Source of the DNA: an uncultured Nitrososphaerales archaeon
GTDB taxonomy: Archaea; Thermoproteota; Nitrososphaeria; Nitrososphaerales; Nitrososphaeraceae
Length of the DNA: 64,000 nucleotides
Assembly: GCA_963695855.1 (NCBI GenBank)
Contig: CAVOHZ010000010.1
Span: 160,001-224,000, forward strand
Direction of reading: 5' to 3'
The translations under genes were made by a program, and so were the position numbers. Positions 10,445 to 19,620 of this stretch are shown here, one piece after another; position 1 is the stretch's first letter; every line of letters starts with the position of its first letter. A model generated the notes under the pieces. The model made no database searches. It worked only from the letters and a program-made list of their open reading frames with translations, and was not told where the DNA came from.

Positions 10445-10457
10445 AATACGAATGATT
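10445..10457 (-). promoter_or_regulatory. Shared upstream motif AATCATTCGTATT
   Basis: Identical 13-mer, 32 nt before ATG 10412; same motif and spacing at 11274 and 14755. Confidence 0.65.
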
Positions 10458-10767
10458 GATAGAGAGAGATAAAGTATTACATTTTAATTTGTAAAAAGGA
10501 TAGAAGAATGTAGAATAATATTTTGAAATATCTTTAGATAACATTATACTCTGGAATTCACTAATTTTTTACTGTATAATTCAATTCAGATCATTTTCAA
10601 ATCCGTTAACTTCACTCATCTAAAAGTTAAACATCAAACAAATATTTAGCTGTAAAAAAATCTATTAGTATTAAAAAAATAAAAAAAAGTTAAGTTTTTT
10701 TTAAATTATTTAATTTTTAGGATGTTTGTTTGACTGGCACTGTTATTTACGTGGCATCAATCCTAGA

Positions 10768-11241
10768 CTAGTTTACGGATCCAGCGGTCACGGAATTTTC
10801 ATTTACGGATCCAACGGTCCCGAAATTTTCATTGTCGCCAAAGTTAATACATATATTTTCAATATCAAGTTCTAATCCACTGCCACCATTGCTCTCTATT
10901 CCTACATCATTACTCCCAATAGCAAATGATGCATCCATTTCTTCTCCTATTGAATTGATATTTTCATCACTTGATGCTGCTGAATTGGTATCTGCCTGTG
11001 TTAGCATAGAACTAAGTATTGAAGCCTCAAATTCTGAAAATTCGCCAATATTGTAATTGCTAACAGAACATTCGGCTTTATTGTATTTCCAACCTTGTTT
11101 CTCATACTTCATGTCTTTCTCATACTTCCTGTCTTCGTCTGCAAATGCAAGAGAGGGAGAAGCTATTGCAATAACTCCTGCCACTAATACAGCTGCTAAA
11201 AAAATTGAACTACTTTTGTGTAATTTGCTGTTGTTGTTCAT
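10768..11241 (-). CDS. Secreted two-Cys family protein
   Basis: Likely start MNNNSK at 11241; signal peptide ending in AFA; AECSVSNYNI...NICINFGDN; 30-bp C-terminal duplication. Confidence 0.8.
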   Translation of the reverse strand: MNNNSKLHKSSSIFLAAVLVAGVIAIASPSLAFADEDRKYEKDMKYEKQGWKYNKAECSVSNYNIGEFSEFEASILSSMLTQADTNSAASSDENINSIGEEMDASFAIGSNDVGIESNGGSGLELDIENICINFGDNENFGTVGSVNENSVTAGSVN

Positions 11242-11351
11242 TGTTAGATAAGAATGAACATACATATATTTGAAATACGAATGATTAGTAACTACTTTTT
11301 GAAGCTATTTTTCTAATTGTTGATTTTTCATAAATAAATTTGATAAGATAA
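11138..11351. repeat. Direct repeat copy 1: promoter + signal-peptide cassette
   Basis: About 214 bp with about 4 mismatches to 14619-14832. Confidence 0.93.
11274..11286 (-). promoter_or_regulatory. Shared upstream motif AATCATTCGTATT
   Basis: 32 nt before ATG 11241. Confidence 0.65.
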
Positions 11352-11827
11352 TCAGAGAAATTTATCTTTATTTTATTTTTAACAATTAAAAGTATTTAAT
11401 AAAAACCTGTAGCCAGAAAATAAAAAAGGAAAACTAGTAGAATGTTAGATTACATTCATCTTATAATCATTAAAGCTTAGTTATTTTGGATATATATAAT
11501 ATCATTCTTTCATTTTTTAATCAACTTCTTTAGAAAATATAGTATATATTTTCTATCTTTGTTATAAGCAATTTAATAGAGTTGAGTTCAACAACAAAAA
11601 CATGTTTAGATATATATCAGAAACACAGAACTTTGTTTTGTTTAGACAAATTCAAAATAGAAATGTTGACAACTACCAACTTGAATGACAGTTTCATATA
11701 TTAGGAATGCAATATTTTTTTATTTATAAACCGTATATTGTAGAAATCTTTGTATAATTTCCGTAGCCATCCATATTTTACTTTGACCTATAACGATTAT
11801 TGACGCATTGGAAATATCTTAAAATTT

Positions 11828-11898
11828 GGCCCTGTTAAGTTATGGATAAAGTAATAGATATGTTCTACTTTTTTTATATTATGTTCTGTGCTCAATTT
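11828..11898. mobile_element. Second copy of the IS6-like miniature element end
   Basis: ggccctgttaagttatgg...ttctactttt...tattatgttctgtgctcaattt, homologous to 6322-6389. Confidence 0.7.
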
Positions 11899-11909
11899 CA
11901 GAAGAATTT

Positions 11910-12200
11910 TGCCTTGTTGCACAAGTCATTTAGATAATCATTTATCTCTGTCTTGCAATACTAATTGATAATTATGTAATGACTATACTCTGGAACCAAT
12001 TATACAACGATACCTTCAGCATTACCTCCCTTACTATATTTTCAAATCTAATATAATAGTAGTAACATATTCTCCAAACATTCTCTTGATACAAGAGAAG
12101 ATAGTTTCTACAATCCATCTCTAGCGATAGCTAACGTTATCCTTCCATTGTTGTAGAACAGTTTTCTGTGATTGTACAGCCTTGTTTCTGAGATAGCTAA
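11910..12200 (-). pseudogene. IS5-family 3' remnant with terminal IR
   Basis: End tgccttgttgcacaagtca resembles the IS5 IR at 7344; translates YLRNKAV..QWKDNVSYR*RWIVETIFSCIKRMFGEYV. Confidence 0.8.
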
Positions 12201-12403
12201 GTTTAATAAGATTCACAAAATAAGCTCTATGTTTCATATGATTAGATATCTATAATAATTAGTTCATTTACGATCCATATCTTCTTAACTATATATATCA
12301 AATTAAAGTAGTATAACAGAATGCTAATGTATGAATATAATAATTCAATAAAATTTAAAATTCTTATCGAGTAGATCATATTATAATGTATAATTTAATC
12401 TAT

Positions 12404-12925
12404 TTAATTTGGCAAATATCGAGCTGCCACATATACTGGAATATGAATAGTAAATTTATCTAATTCTGAATCATAAATTGTATAAGTAGAGCTTAAATCA
12501 ATATCATCATAATTTAGATTAAATATTTGATTATTTACCTTGACATTCTTTGCTTGCATAATAGGAAAGTCTATTCTTAACTTATTTTTACCATTTTCAT
12601 AAATGTTCTCTAATTCTGTCTTTACTTTTATATCCGTTGCAAATATCTGAAAACCTAGTAAATTATATTCTAAAACAGGAATTAAATATTCTACTGGCTG
12701 ATTCGTATTTAATACCATATTCTTGATAGTATCGTTCGGAAAGATTTGATTGGAATTGATATCTATCATAAATTCCAAATTGCTAGTTGTTAATTTATTT
12801 TTTAAATTGTTGAGTATATTATCAAAAATGTTAGTATCAGTATTGAAGTATTGGGCATGTACGATAGATGTATTATTTGTACCCATTATTAATACAAATA
12901 AAAAAATTAAAATTATAATCTTCAT
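12404..12925 (-). CDS. Hypothetical secreted protein
   Basis: 173 aa; hydrophobic N-terminal signal ending VHA-Q. Confidence 0.7.
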   Translation of the reverse strand: MKIIILIFLFVLIMGTNNTSIVHAQYFNTDTNIFDNILNNLKNKLTTSNLEFMIDINSNQIFPNDTIKNMVLNTNQPVEYLIPVLEYNLLGFQIFATDIKVKTELENIYENGKNKLRIDFPIMQAKNVKVNNQIFNLNYDDIDLSSTYTIYDSELDKFTIHIPVYVAARYLPN

Positions 12926-13038
12926 ATATAATTGAGATGATGTTTTAATTTCTTATATATTCTTTTGATTTTTACCAGATGATAATTTTTGTTCAAAAAT
13001 CGAGTATTATAATAATCAATTACCTCGATATCTTCTAA

Positions 13039-13771
13039 GGTTCTTTTAAGTTAAGCAGCAAAAGCTATAGATAGGCATGTTCTCTTTATGGTATGAAAGT
13101 TAGATTTGAAAGAAAACAGAACAGAAGGTCCACTTTTATCACAGTGTATTTTCTTTATATCTATGCTTTCTTTATACTTGATCTAAGTTTAAGAAATATT
13201 TCCAAGGCATTAGTGATGTTTAGAGATGAGAAGAGAAGTTATGCTTCTGTTTGGAACTGGATTCAAAGGTTTTGATCCTCAGATCTATAAAAGAAAAACA
13301 GTGCCTGCTTTTATAATAGACGAATCACTTATTCAATCAGGTAAGCAGTATTTCTGGCTATGGATATATGTATCCAACCAATTCACAGTTCAGTGCTTAG
13401 AATATACATTCAAAGGGAAGAAATATTTGATGATTGCTGAAAAATTTATTGGATCTACTGTATGAAACCATGGAAAACATATTGTATACACAGAGATGGA
13501 GGTACATGACATGATGAAGCTTGTAATGTCTTGAGATTAAAACATTATTTAGATTCTGCGTTAGAGAAAAGTTATATGGAAATACTCAATCGGTAATTTA
13601 AGGACAGAATAGAGAGTTTTGATGACTAGTATCCACTTATGCAAGAGGAATGTAATCTATTACAGGTACATAACGAGATACAATACTTTGTATCCATGTG
13701 TAATGATACAATAACAAATAATAATGATTTTGAGTTAGAGGAAGTAAATATTGCCTTAAATTAACAGAGCT
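13039..13771 (+). mobile_element. Decayed IS6-family element
   Basis: Fragments LSLRNISKAL..RSYASVWNWIQRF, FIIDESLI..YFWLWI; imperfect IRs ggttcttttaagttaag and cttaaattaacagagc; many stops and frameshifts. Confidence 0.8.
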
Positions 13772-14101
13772 TAAAATTTAGATAAGATATTAAAATATAA
13801 GGAATAATAACAATAACTGTGAATGTTCTTTTTTTCATTCAAACTTGTTTTACATATTAGAAACATATTAGCAATATTATTTCCATAAATTAACATAAAC
13901 GTCATACCATTGATACTCTAAATTGGAATTAAATTTTTGATATATTATGAAAGAAATATGTAACATACTAGATTTATATAGAATCGATAAAGCAAGTGTA
14001 TTAAAAATTCGACAATAAGTAAGACTGGTTCAAGAAGATAATAACACTAAAATTATATTTAAAAATAAAAAGGAGGGAAAAATTGAGTCTTCATTTATAG
14101 T

Positions 14102-14722
14102 TTAGTCTTCTTCGCCTACGAATCCACCGAAGGTGTTATCAGCCCAGTTGATGCATATATTTTTGATGTGAATGCTTAATCCACCATCAGATAACGAACC
14201 TAACAACTGTGGTGAAGTTAGTTCTGAAGGTAAATCTAGTTGTTGAGCTGCTGCTGCACCAGGACCTTTCTGTATTTCCTTGGAATTGAATTTATTAATA
14301 TTGAAATTGTTGGCATCACACTTAAAGCCGTCATAATGTGAACTACCATCTCTCTTCTTTTCTTTGTATGGATCATAGGAGTGTTCCTTTTCTTTGTATC
14401 CATCATAGGAGTGTTCCTTTTCTTTGTATGGATCATAGGAGTGTTCCTTTTCTTTGTATCCATCATAGGAGTGTTCCTTTTCTTTGTATGGATCATAGGA
14501 GTGTTCCTTTTCTTTGTATCCATCATAGGAGTGTTCCTTTTCTTTGTATGGATCATAGGAGTGTCTCTTTTCTTTGTAGCCATCATAAGACTTGTATTCT
14601 TTTTCGTATTTTTCAGATTCTGCAAATGCAATAGAGGGAGAAGCTATTGCGATAACTCCTGCCACTAATACAGCTGCCAAAAAGATTGAACTACTTTTGT
14701 GTAATTTGCTGTTGTTGTTCAT
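14102..14722 (-). CDS. Secreted two-Cys family protein with KEKEHSYD(P/G)Y repeats
   Basis: Likely start at 14722; signal peptide nearly identical to the 10768 paralog; FKCDANNFNI...NICINWADN. Confidence 0.82.
   Translation of the reverse strand: MNNNSKLHKSSSIFLAAVLVAGVIAIASPSIAFAESEKYEKEYKSYDGYKEKRHSYDPYKEKEHSYDGYKEKEHSYDPYKEKEHSYDGYKEKEHSYDPYKEKEHSYDGYKEKEHSYDPYKEKKRDGSSHYDGFKCDANNFNINKFNSKEIQKGPGAAAAQQLDLPSELTSPQLLGSLSDGGLSIHIKNICINWADNTFGGFVGEED
14357..14592 (-). repeat. 30-bp coding tandem repeat with alternating 60-bp higher-order period
   Basis: About 8 units strictly alternating DPY and DGY. Confidence 0.95.
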
Positions 14723-14832
14723 TGTTAGATAAGAATGAACATACATATATTTGAAATACGAATGATTAGTAACTACTTTTTGAAGCTATTTTTCTAATTG
14801 TTGATTTTTCATAAATAAATTTGATAAGATAA
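14619..14832. repeat. Direct repeat copy 2: promoter + signal-peptide cassette
   Basis: Matches 11138-11351 (offset 3481); contains the AATCATTCGTATT motif at 14755-14767. Confidence 0.93.
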
Positions 14833-15031
14833 AAAGAAAAAATTTTATTTGTTGAGGAGTAGTGAGAACAAACAGAAAAAGATTATAAAAGTATATTATA
14901 AAGAAATTAGAGAGATAAAACAACTAGTACATAGATGCTAGAAAAGAGACATATATACATATTATGACTACAAATTCCCATCAACAACAGTAAGAGTAAC
15001 AATAACAAGCATGACTACTATTACTACCACT

Positions 15032-15210
15032 ACCAACACGACCACTACCAACACGACTACTACCAACACGACTACTACCAACACGACTACTACCAACACG
15101 ACTACTACCAACACGACTACTACCAACACGACTACTACCAACACGACTACTACCAACACGACTACTACCAACACGACTACTACCAACACGACTACTACCA
15201 ACACGACTAC
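15032..15210. repeat. 15-bp tandem repeat accaacacgactact, about 12 copies
   Basis: Near-perfect array without spacers; coding strand and frame unresolved. Confidence 0.95.
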
Positions 15211-15464
15211 GAGACTCCATTCACATTTTGTATATACAACAAAAATGGAGACAGCTATGGAATTAAAAAATAATACAAGAATTTGCAGTTAGATCTGAAT
15301 ATATTATTGTTTTGATAGAAATAAAATCTCCACAATAGTTGCAGGGAATTTGTGATTATAAATTAACAGTAAAAGTGATTAAACAATGGTAATATTGGCA
15401 TGATGGTATTAAATTAAATTATATGTCTGTCCATGACTTAGTCTAGAACTTTTCTGTTATATTG

Positions 15465-16697
15465 CTATTTATTATGTGAAGAGAATATTCTTGCTGCTGT
15501 ACTTATCATGAAATTCAATGAGGTTGATATCTGAGATATTGCGTCCTGTTCATATGCTAAACCAGACAGTCCTTTTCCCTTATTTCTTATTGCTGTAATA
15601 TAATTATCTATTAAAAAATCTTCTACATACTCGCATAAGGTTCCTTTAATAATTACACCATTCATTATTCCCATGCATTTTGTTCCCAAAGATAGTATGC
15701 TACCGTGTTGTTGATATTCAAATTCTACCGTTGATTCATCTCCGCCTTCAATTCTAATAATATTTTTAGCTACATTTCTCGCTTGTCTTACGGCAAATTG
15801 TGCAAGTTGGGGAGACACAAGAATATCATTGAGAGGAAAAGCCGAAATATCTCCCACTGCAAACGCATAATCATATCCTTCAATTTGTGAATATTTGTTT
15901 ACGATAATTCTATCGGATCGTGTCTTTTTTATTTCAGGTATTATCTTTATATCCCGTCCTTTTATTCCAGCTGTCCAAACAGAGACTGCAGAATCTACCT
16001 TTGTGTCATCTTTTAGGATAACGTAAGAGGTGCCTACTTCTTTTATTGGATTGTTAGTTACTATCCTGATTCCTCTTGTTATTAAGAAATTTTTAATTTC
16101 TGAAATGAGTTTGAGATCCCATCCTGGAAGGATATCTTTTTGTGCTTCAATTACTGTGACCTTGAATGAAGATATATATTCATCGGTCAGGGCACCTGCT
16201 AGACTGATTCCAGTTGCGCCTGCCCCACAGATAACAATATTTGATTGCGATGGGATCTCCTCTAATTTTTTACGCAAGGTTATAGCATCATCAAGTGACC
16301 TAAAAGAAAAAGCATTTTCCTGCGCACCTTTGATATTAAAATAAGCATTTGAAGATCCCAGAGCAATTATGATATAATCAAATTTGTATTCCTGCTTTCT
16401 TGAATTTTTTGGATTGTCACTCAGGGTTGTAATTACTTTATTATCAAGATTTATACTTGTTACACATTCATTGATAAAGGATATTTCGTTCTTCAATAAC
16501 TCGTTAATAGAAAAAGATATGTCCTCAGGTTTTTTAACACCCGCAGATACAAGATGTATTTGTTGTAGTAATTGATGATAAGGATTCTTATCAAAGACTG
16601 TGATGTCAAATTTCTTTTCTTCATTTCCACTAGCCAACAAATTGGCGGCTGAAAATAATCCTGCATATCCAGCTCCGGCAACCGCAACTTTTTTCAA
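15465..16697 (-). CDS. FAD-dependent pyridine nucleotide-disulfide oxidoreductase (NDH-2-like)
   Basis: GAGYAG, GAGATG, WTAG, AVGD, PQLAQFAVRQA. Confidence 0.85.
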   Translation of the reverse strand: MKKVAVAGAGYAGLFSAANLLASGNEEKKFDITVFDKNPYHQLLQQIHLVSAGVKKPEDISFSINELLKNEISFINECVTSINLDNKVITTLSDNPKNSRKQEYKFDYIIIALGSSNAYFNIKGAQENAFSFRSLDDAITLRKKLEEIPSQSNIVICGAGATGISLAGALTDEYISSFKVTVIEAQKDILPGWDLKLISEIKNFLITRGIRIVTNNPIKEVGTSYVILKDDTKVDSAVSVWTAGIKGRDIKIIPEIKKTRSDRIIVNKYSQIEGYDYAFAVGDISAFPLNDILVSPQLAQFAVRQARNVAKNIIRIEGGDESTVEFEYQQHGSILSLGTKCMGIMNGVIIKGTLCEYVEDFLIDNYITAIRNKGKGLSGLAYEQDAISQISTSLNFMISTAARIFSSHNK

Positions 16698-17190
16698 TCA
16701 GATCACATAAAATTATGTATTTATTATATTCCTTTTTATAATTTCAGATGAATTATTAGTACTATATATTTTGAAAGAATGAGATCCAATATTACATAAC
16801 ACAGATCCAGGTAAATATGATTATTATTATCTCTATTCTTCTTTTTTTACGAGATAATAGTACCAATAATAGTTATTTGTTATCAAAATATTTCGTAAAA
16901 CTGTAATAAGAATATGAAGATCGACTAAAATAAATTCAGATTTTTAGCAAATTCAAATATATATTATTACGTTAAAAGTTACAAACTATAATAGCTGTTG
17001 TTGTATATCGTTTCTTGTACAACCATGAAATTCAACACTATCACATAAAATGTTTACAACGAAAAATCAACAAAATGAATTTTCTATTACTGTCCATCAA
17101 AACAAACCAGTTGTATATATAATTCAACAAAGATCTGAATTTATTTTAGTCGATCTATGATTTTTTTAAAAGATTGATTTGATTATACCC

Positions 17191-17925
17191 TTAAATATGT
17201 ATAAATTTGAAACTTTTATTATTTGTCTCTTTTAAGAAGCTATAAATGTCAATCAGAATGTTACTAAAATCTTTTATATGTAATTCTGATGAAAAAGTAC
17301 CATCCTTGTTTTTATTTGGACCAACATTTTGAAACGCATTAATATTACGACCTTTCTCGTTCAAGTTATTATTTACAGGATAAAGAATATTGTTTTTTTC
17401 TGAATCACTATTTCTATATAAAACATAATTTGAATATTTAGTCAGGATGGGTATAGTGGAAACTATCCATACATTATTAGTATGTGGTTGTATTCTCTCA
17501 ATATTTTTCAAATCTTCTAAAGATGAAGACGCTTTGTAAAATTTTATTATCACAGAGTTATTTGGTTTGCTTTTCAATATACGTAGATCTGGAATCACTA
17601 TATCGATCTCCTGATTCTTTAATAAGATTTTTCGTTGTGATGGAAATGTCGAAGCAGTGAGTAGAAAATGAAGCAATGCTTCGCATAGAACAATTAGTTG
17701 ACCTTCTTCCTTTTTTTTTGCCTCATTGTTTTTATTTTTATTTTTATGATTAAACTCAAGGTAATCAAAGTTTTTTACTTTGGAATATTTGAATTTGAAT
17801 ATTACAGTTTGCAGTATGTTTAATATGATTTTTTTTGAATTAAAAATCTCTTTGTTTAGCTCTATATGAACTTTCTCTTTTCCGATTTGGTCCAAAGTAT
17901 CATACAGCATTTCCTTGATATCCAT
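17191..17925 (-). CDS. Hypothetical protein
   Basis: 244 aa ORF; LCEALLHFLLT..PSQRK..EIDIVIP core with N/K-rich inserts. Confidence 0.7.
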   Translation of the reverse strand: MDIKEMLYDTLDQIGKEKVHIELNKEIFNSKKIILNILQTVIFKFKYSKVKNFDYLEFNHKNKNKNNEAKKKEEGQLIVLCEALLHFLLTASTFPSQRKILLKNQEIDIVIPDLRILKSKPNNSVIIKFYKASSSLEDLKNIERIQPHTNNVWIVSTIPILTKYSNYVLYRNSDSEKNNILYPVNNNLNEKGRNINAFQNVGPNKNKDGTFSSELHIKDFSNILIDIYSFLKETNNKSFKFIHI

Positions 17926-17973
17926 AAAAGGATTTATTGATAAGTTTATTAAATATCTTGATCTAGAAAAAAT

Positions 17974-18393
17974 ATGAAGATAGCGGTAATATTATTATCT
18001 ATATCACTAGCTTTACTCATAGTATACGGCTTAGATACGCTTGTGGCTTCTTTGAAACAACCACCACCAGATGGGTCTCTAGCAACGGGATTTTTACCTA
18101 TGAGTTCGGCAGCTCGCGGAGCAATATTTGGCGCAGGAGCAGTAATTCTTTCTATAATCGGATTTGTAATCAGCAGAAAAGAACCCTCAAAAGAGATCTC
18201 TATCCTGTTGCTTGTCAACGGATTTCTTATCATCTTGGGATTGATAATGGTCGTGGCCACGAATACAGTTACAATTACTGCAGAGTCTATAAGAATAATT
18301 GGACCTACCATGTTGCTGGGGGGATTACTTATGGGACTAGGAGTAGCAAAGATTATTGTCGATAAGAGAAAAATGCAAATATCAAAATCATAA
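17974..18393 (+). CDS. Hypothetical membrane protein (about 4 TM)
   Basis: Four hydrophobic segments. Confidence 0.75.
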   Translation: MKIAVILLSISLALLIVYGLDTLVASLKQPPPDGSLATGFLPMSSAARGAIFGAGAVILSIIGFVISRKEPSKEISILLLVNGFLIILGLIMVVATNTVTITAESIRIIGPTMLLGGLLMGLGVAKIIVDKRKMQISKS

Positions 18394-18648
18394 ATTTTTT
18401 TTTATAATTTTTTACGTTTAGGAAACAAATTTCATCGTATTATTTTGATATGCCTTTTCTTCCCAAGAACTATCACATGTCTTTTGATGTATTTAATTTG
18501 GTCTCTTAGAGATGAAGGAAATCTCTAGAGATGGTGCAATTTAGATCGTATATAGAAAGAAAATAATTAATTTTTCGACCAATACTATATTTAATTTAAT
18601 TTAATTTAATTGGAATCTTACCAAGAAGACGGATAAAGAGAGATGTTT

Positions 18649-19011
18649 TTAATCGAATACGATAGCATCTAGTGAGATCGCATCAGCCAATAAATCCTGA
18701 TGACGAGACGAAACGATATATCCGTTTTTGATCTCGTTTGGAGATATCCACCTATTTGAGGAGGAATAATGTCTTTCTTTTTTTACCTTGTTTTCGAGTT
18801 CTTCGACATCGAGTTCGATTTCTTCAATTTCCTGAGTATCTAGGTGTTTTGAGATTAACATTATTTTTCTTACAAGAACCCGCCTTCCAAATCTTATTGA
18901 ATGATCCCGTGCATTTTCGTCAATATCGAGTAACCTGATTTTCATTTGATATCTATTGAGAGCATCTCTGCTTGTCAATATTCTTTCGTCGACAAATCTA
19001 TCGTTACTCAA
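18649..19011 (-). CDS. Hypothetical protein
   Basis: 120 aa ORF with normal globular composition; TTG start. Confidence 0.7.
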   Translation of the reverse strand: MSNDRFVDERILTSRDALNRYQMKIRLLDIDENARDHSIRFGRRVLVRKIMLISKHLDTQEIEEIELDVEELENKVKKERHYSSSNRWISPNEIKNGYIVSSRHQDLLADAISLDAIVFD

Positions 19012-19087
19012 ATCAATATCATGATAACTTTCTTTGATATATTAATTAAACTGTACTACGTGTCATTTCTTCTCTCCTTTTTTAATA

Positions 19088-19561
19088 TTACTTTTTGGCT
19101 GGTTTGAATTCATAGAATATTTTATTACCAGAAAAACCACATTTTTTGATTTTTACATAAATGATTTGCGAATCTTGTGATTTTTTCCCAAATTCTGTCA
19201 TATTCGTCTTTTTAGTCAAATTTTTTCTGTATGGATCGTCGTACTTTTTTATATCAACTGAGCCTAAAAGTTTTACCCCGTTGAATTCAACTAATACAAT
19301 AGTATCTACATAAGTGACATCTTTGTTAGAATTTACTTTTTTCATTTTTTCTATATTCATATATGAATGAAAAATGTCAATCAATTTCCCTTTTTCATTT
19401 TCAAGATTTATTAGTTCTACTTTATTGAAACATTTGTTACAATAGTCAGCAGGGGGCCAGATATTTTTTTTGCAATAGCAACAGAATGGTAATACAAAAT
19501 TTCCTTTTTTTATATTGTCAATAAATTGTTCGTAATTTCCAGAATTTTGATCGATGTAACT
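19088..19561 (-). CDS. DUF35-type Zn-ribbon/OB-fold thiolase partner (start unresolved)
   Basis: Frame is open to 19561 and encodes FIDNIKKGNFVLPFCCYCKKNIWPPADYCNKC; directly downstream of the thiolase; no ATG/GTG/TTG upstream of the Cys motif in frame. Confidence 0.7.
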   Translation of the reverse strand, partial: SYIDQNSGNYEQFIDNIKKGNFVLPFCCYCKKNIWPPADYCNKCFNKVELINLENEKGKLIDIFHSYMNIEKMKKVNSNKDVTYVDTIVLVEFNGVKLLGSVDIKKYDDPYRKNLTKKTNMTEFGKKSQDSQIIYVKIKKCGFSGNKIFYEFKPAKK

Positions 19562-19620
19562 TCAGGTCGTTGAAAGTAGTCTTCTCCACTTTCATTTTAT
19601 CTCTCTTTTTTTTAATAGCC

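Noticed and set aside
14236-14668. Alternative-frame repeat ORFs (TKKRNTPM, HRSVPFLC, IIGVFLFFV)
   Set aside because: By-products of the 30-bp repeat; they lack the promoter, signal peptide and Cys core.
11138-14832. Diversity-generating retroelement TR/VR pair
   Set aside because: There is no reverse transcriptase, the few mismatches are not adenine-specific, and the repeat covers promoter and signal peptide rather than a C-terminal variable region.
14357-15210. Possible CRISPR arrays
   Set aside because: Both repeats are head-to-tail with no unique spacers, and there are no cas genes in the window.
17949-18311. 120-aa minus-strand ORF and similar short antisense ORFs over housekeeping genes
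   Set aside because: They overlap better-supported genes on the opposite strand and have no motifs.
18589-18612. (ttaat)n microsatellite
   Set aside because: Short low-complexity run expected in AT-rich DNA.
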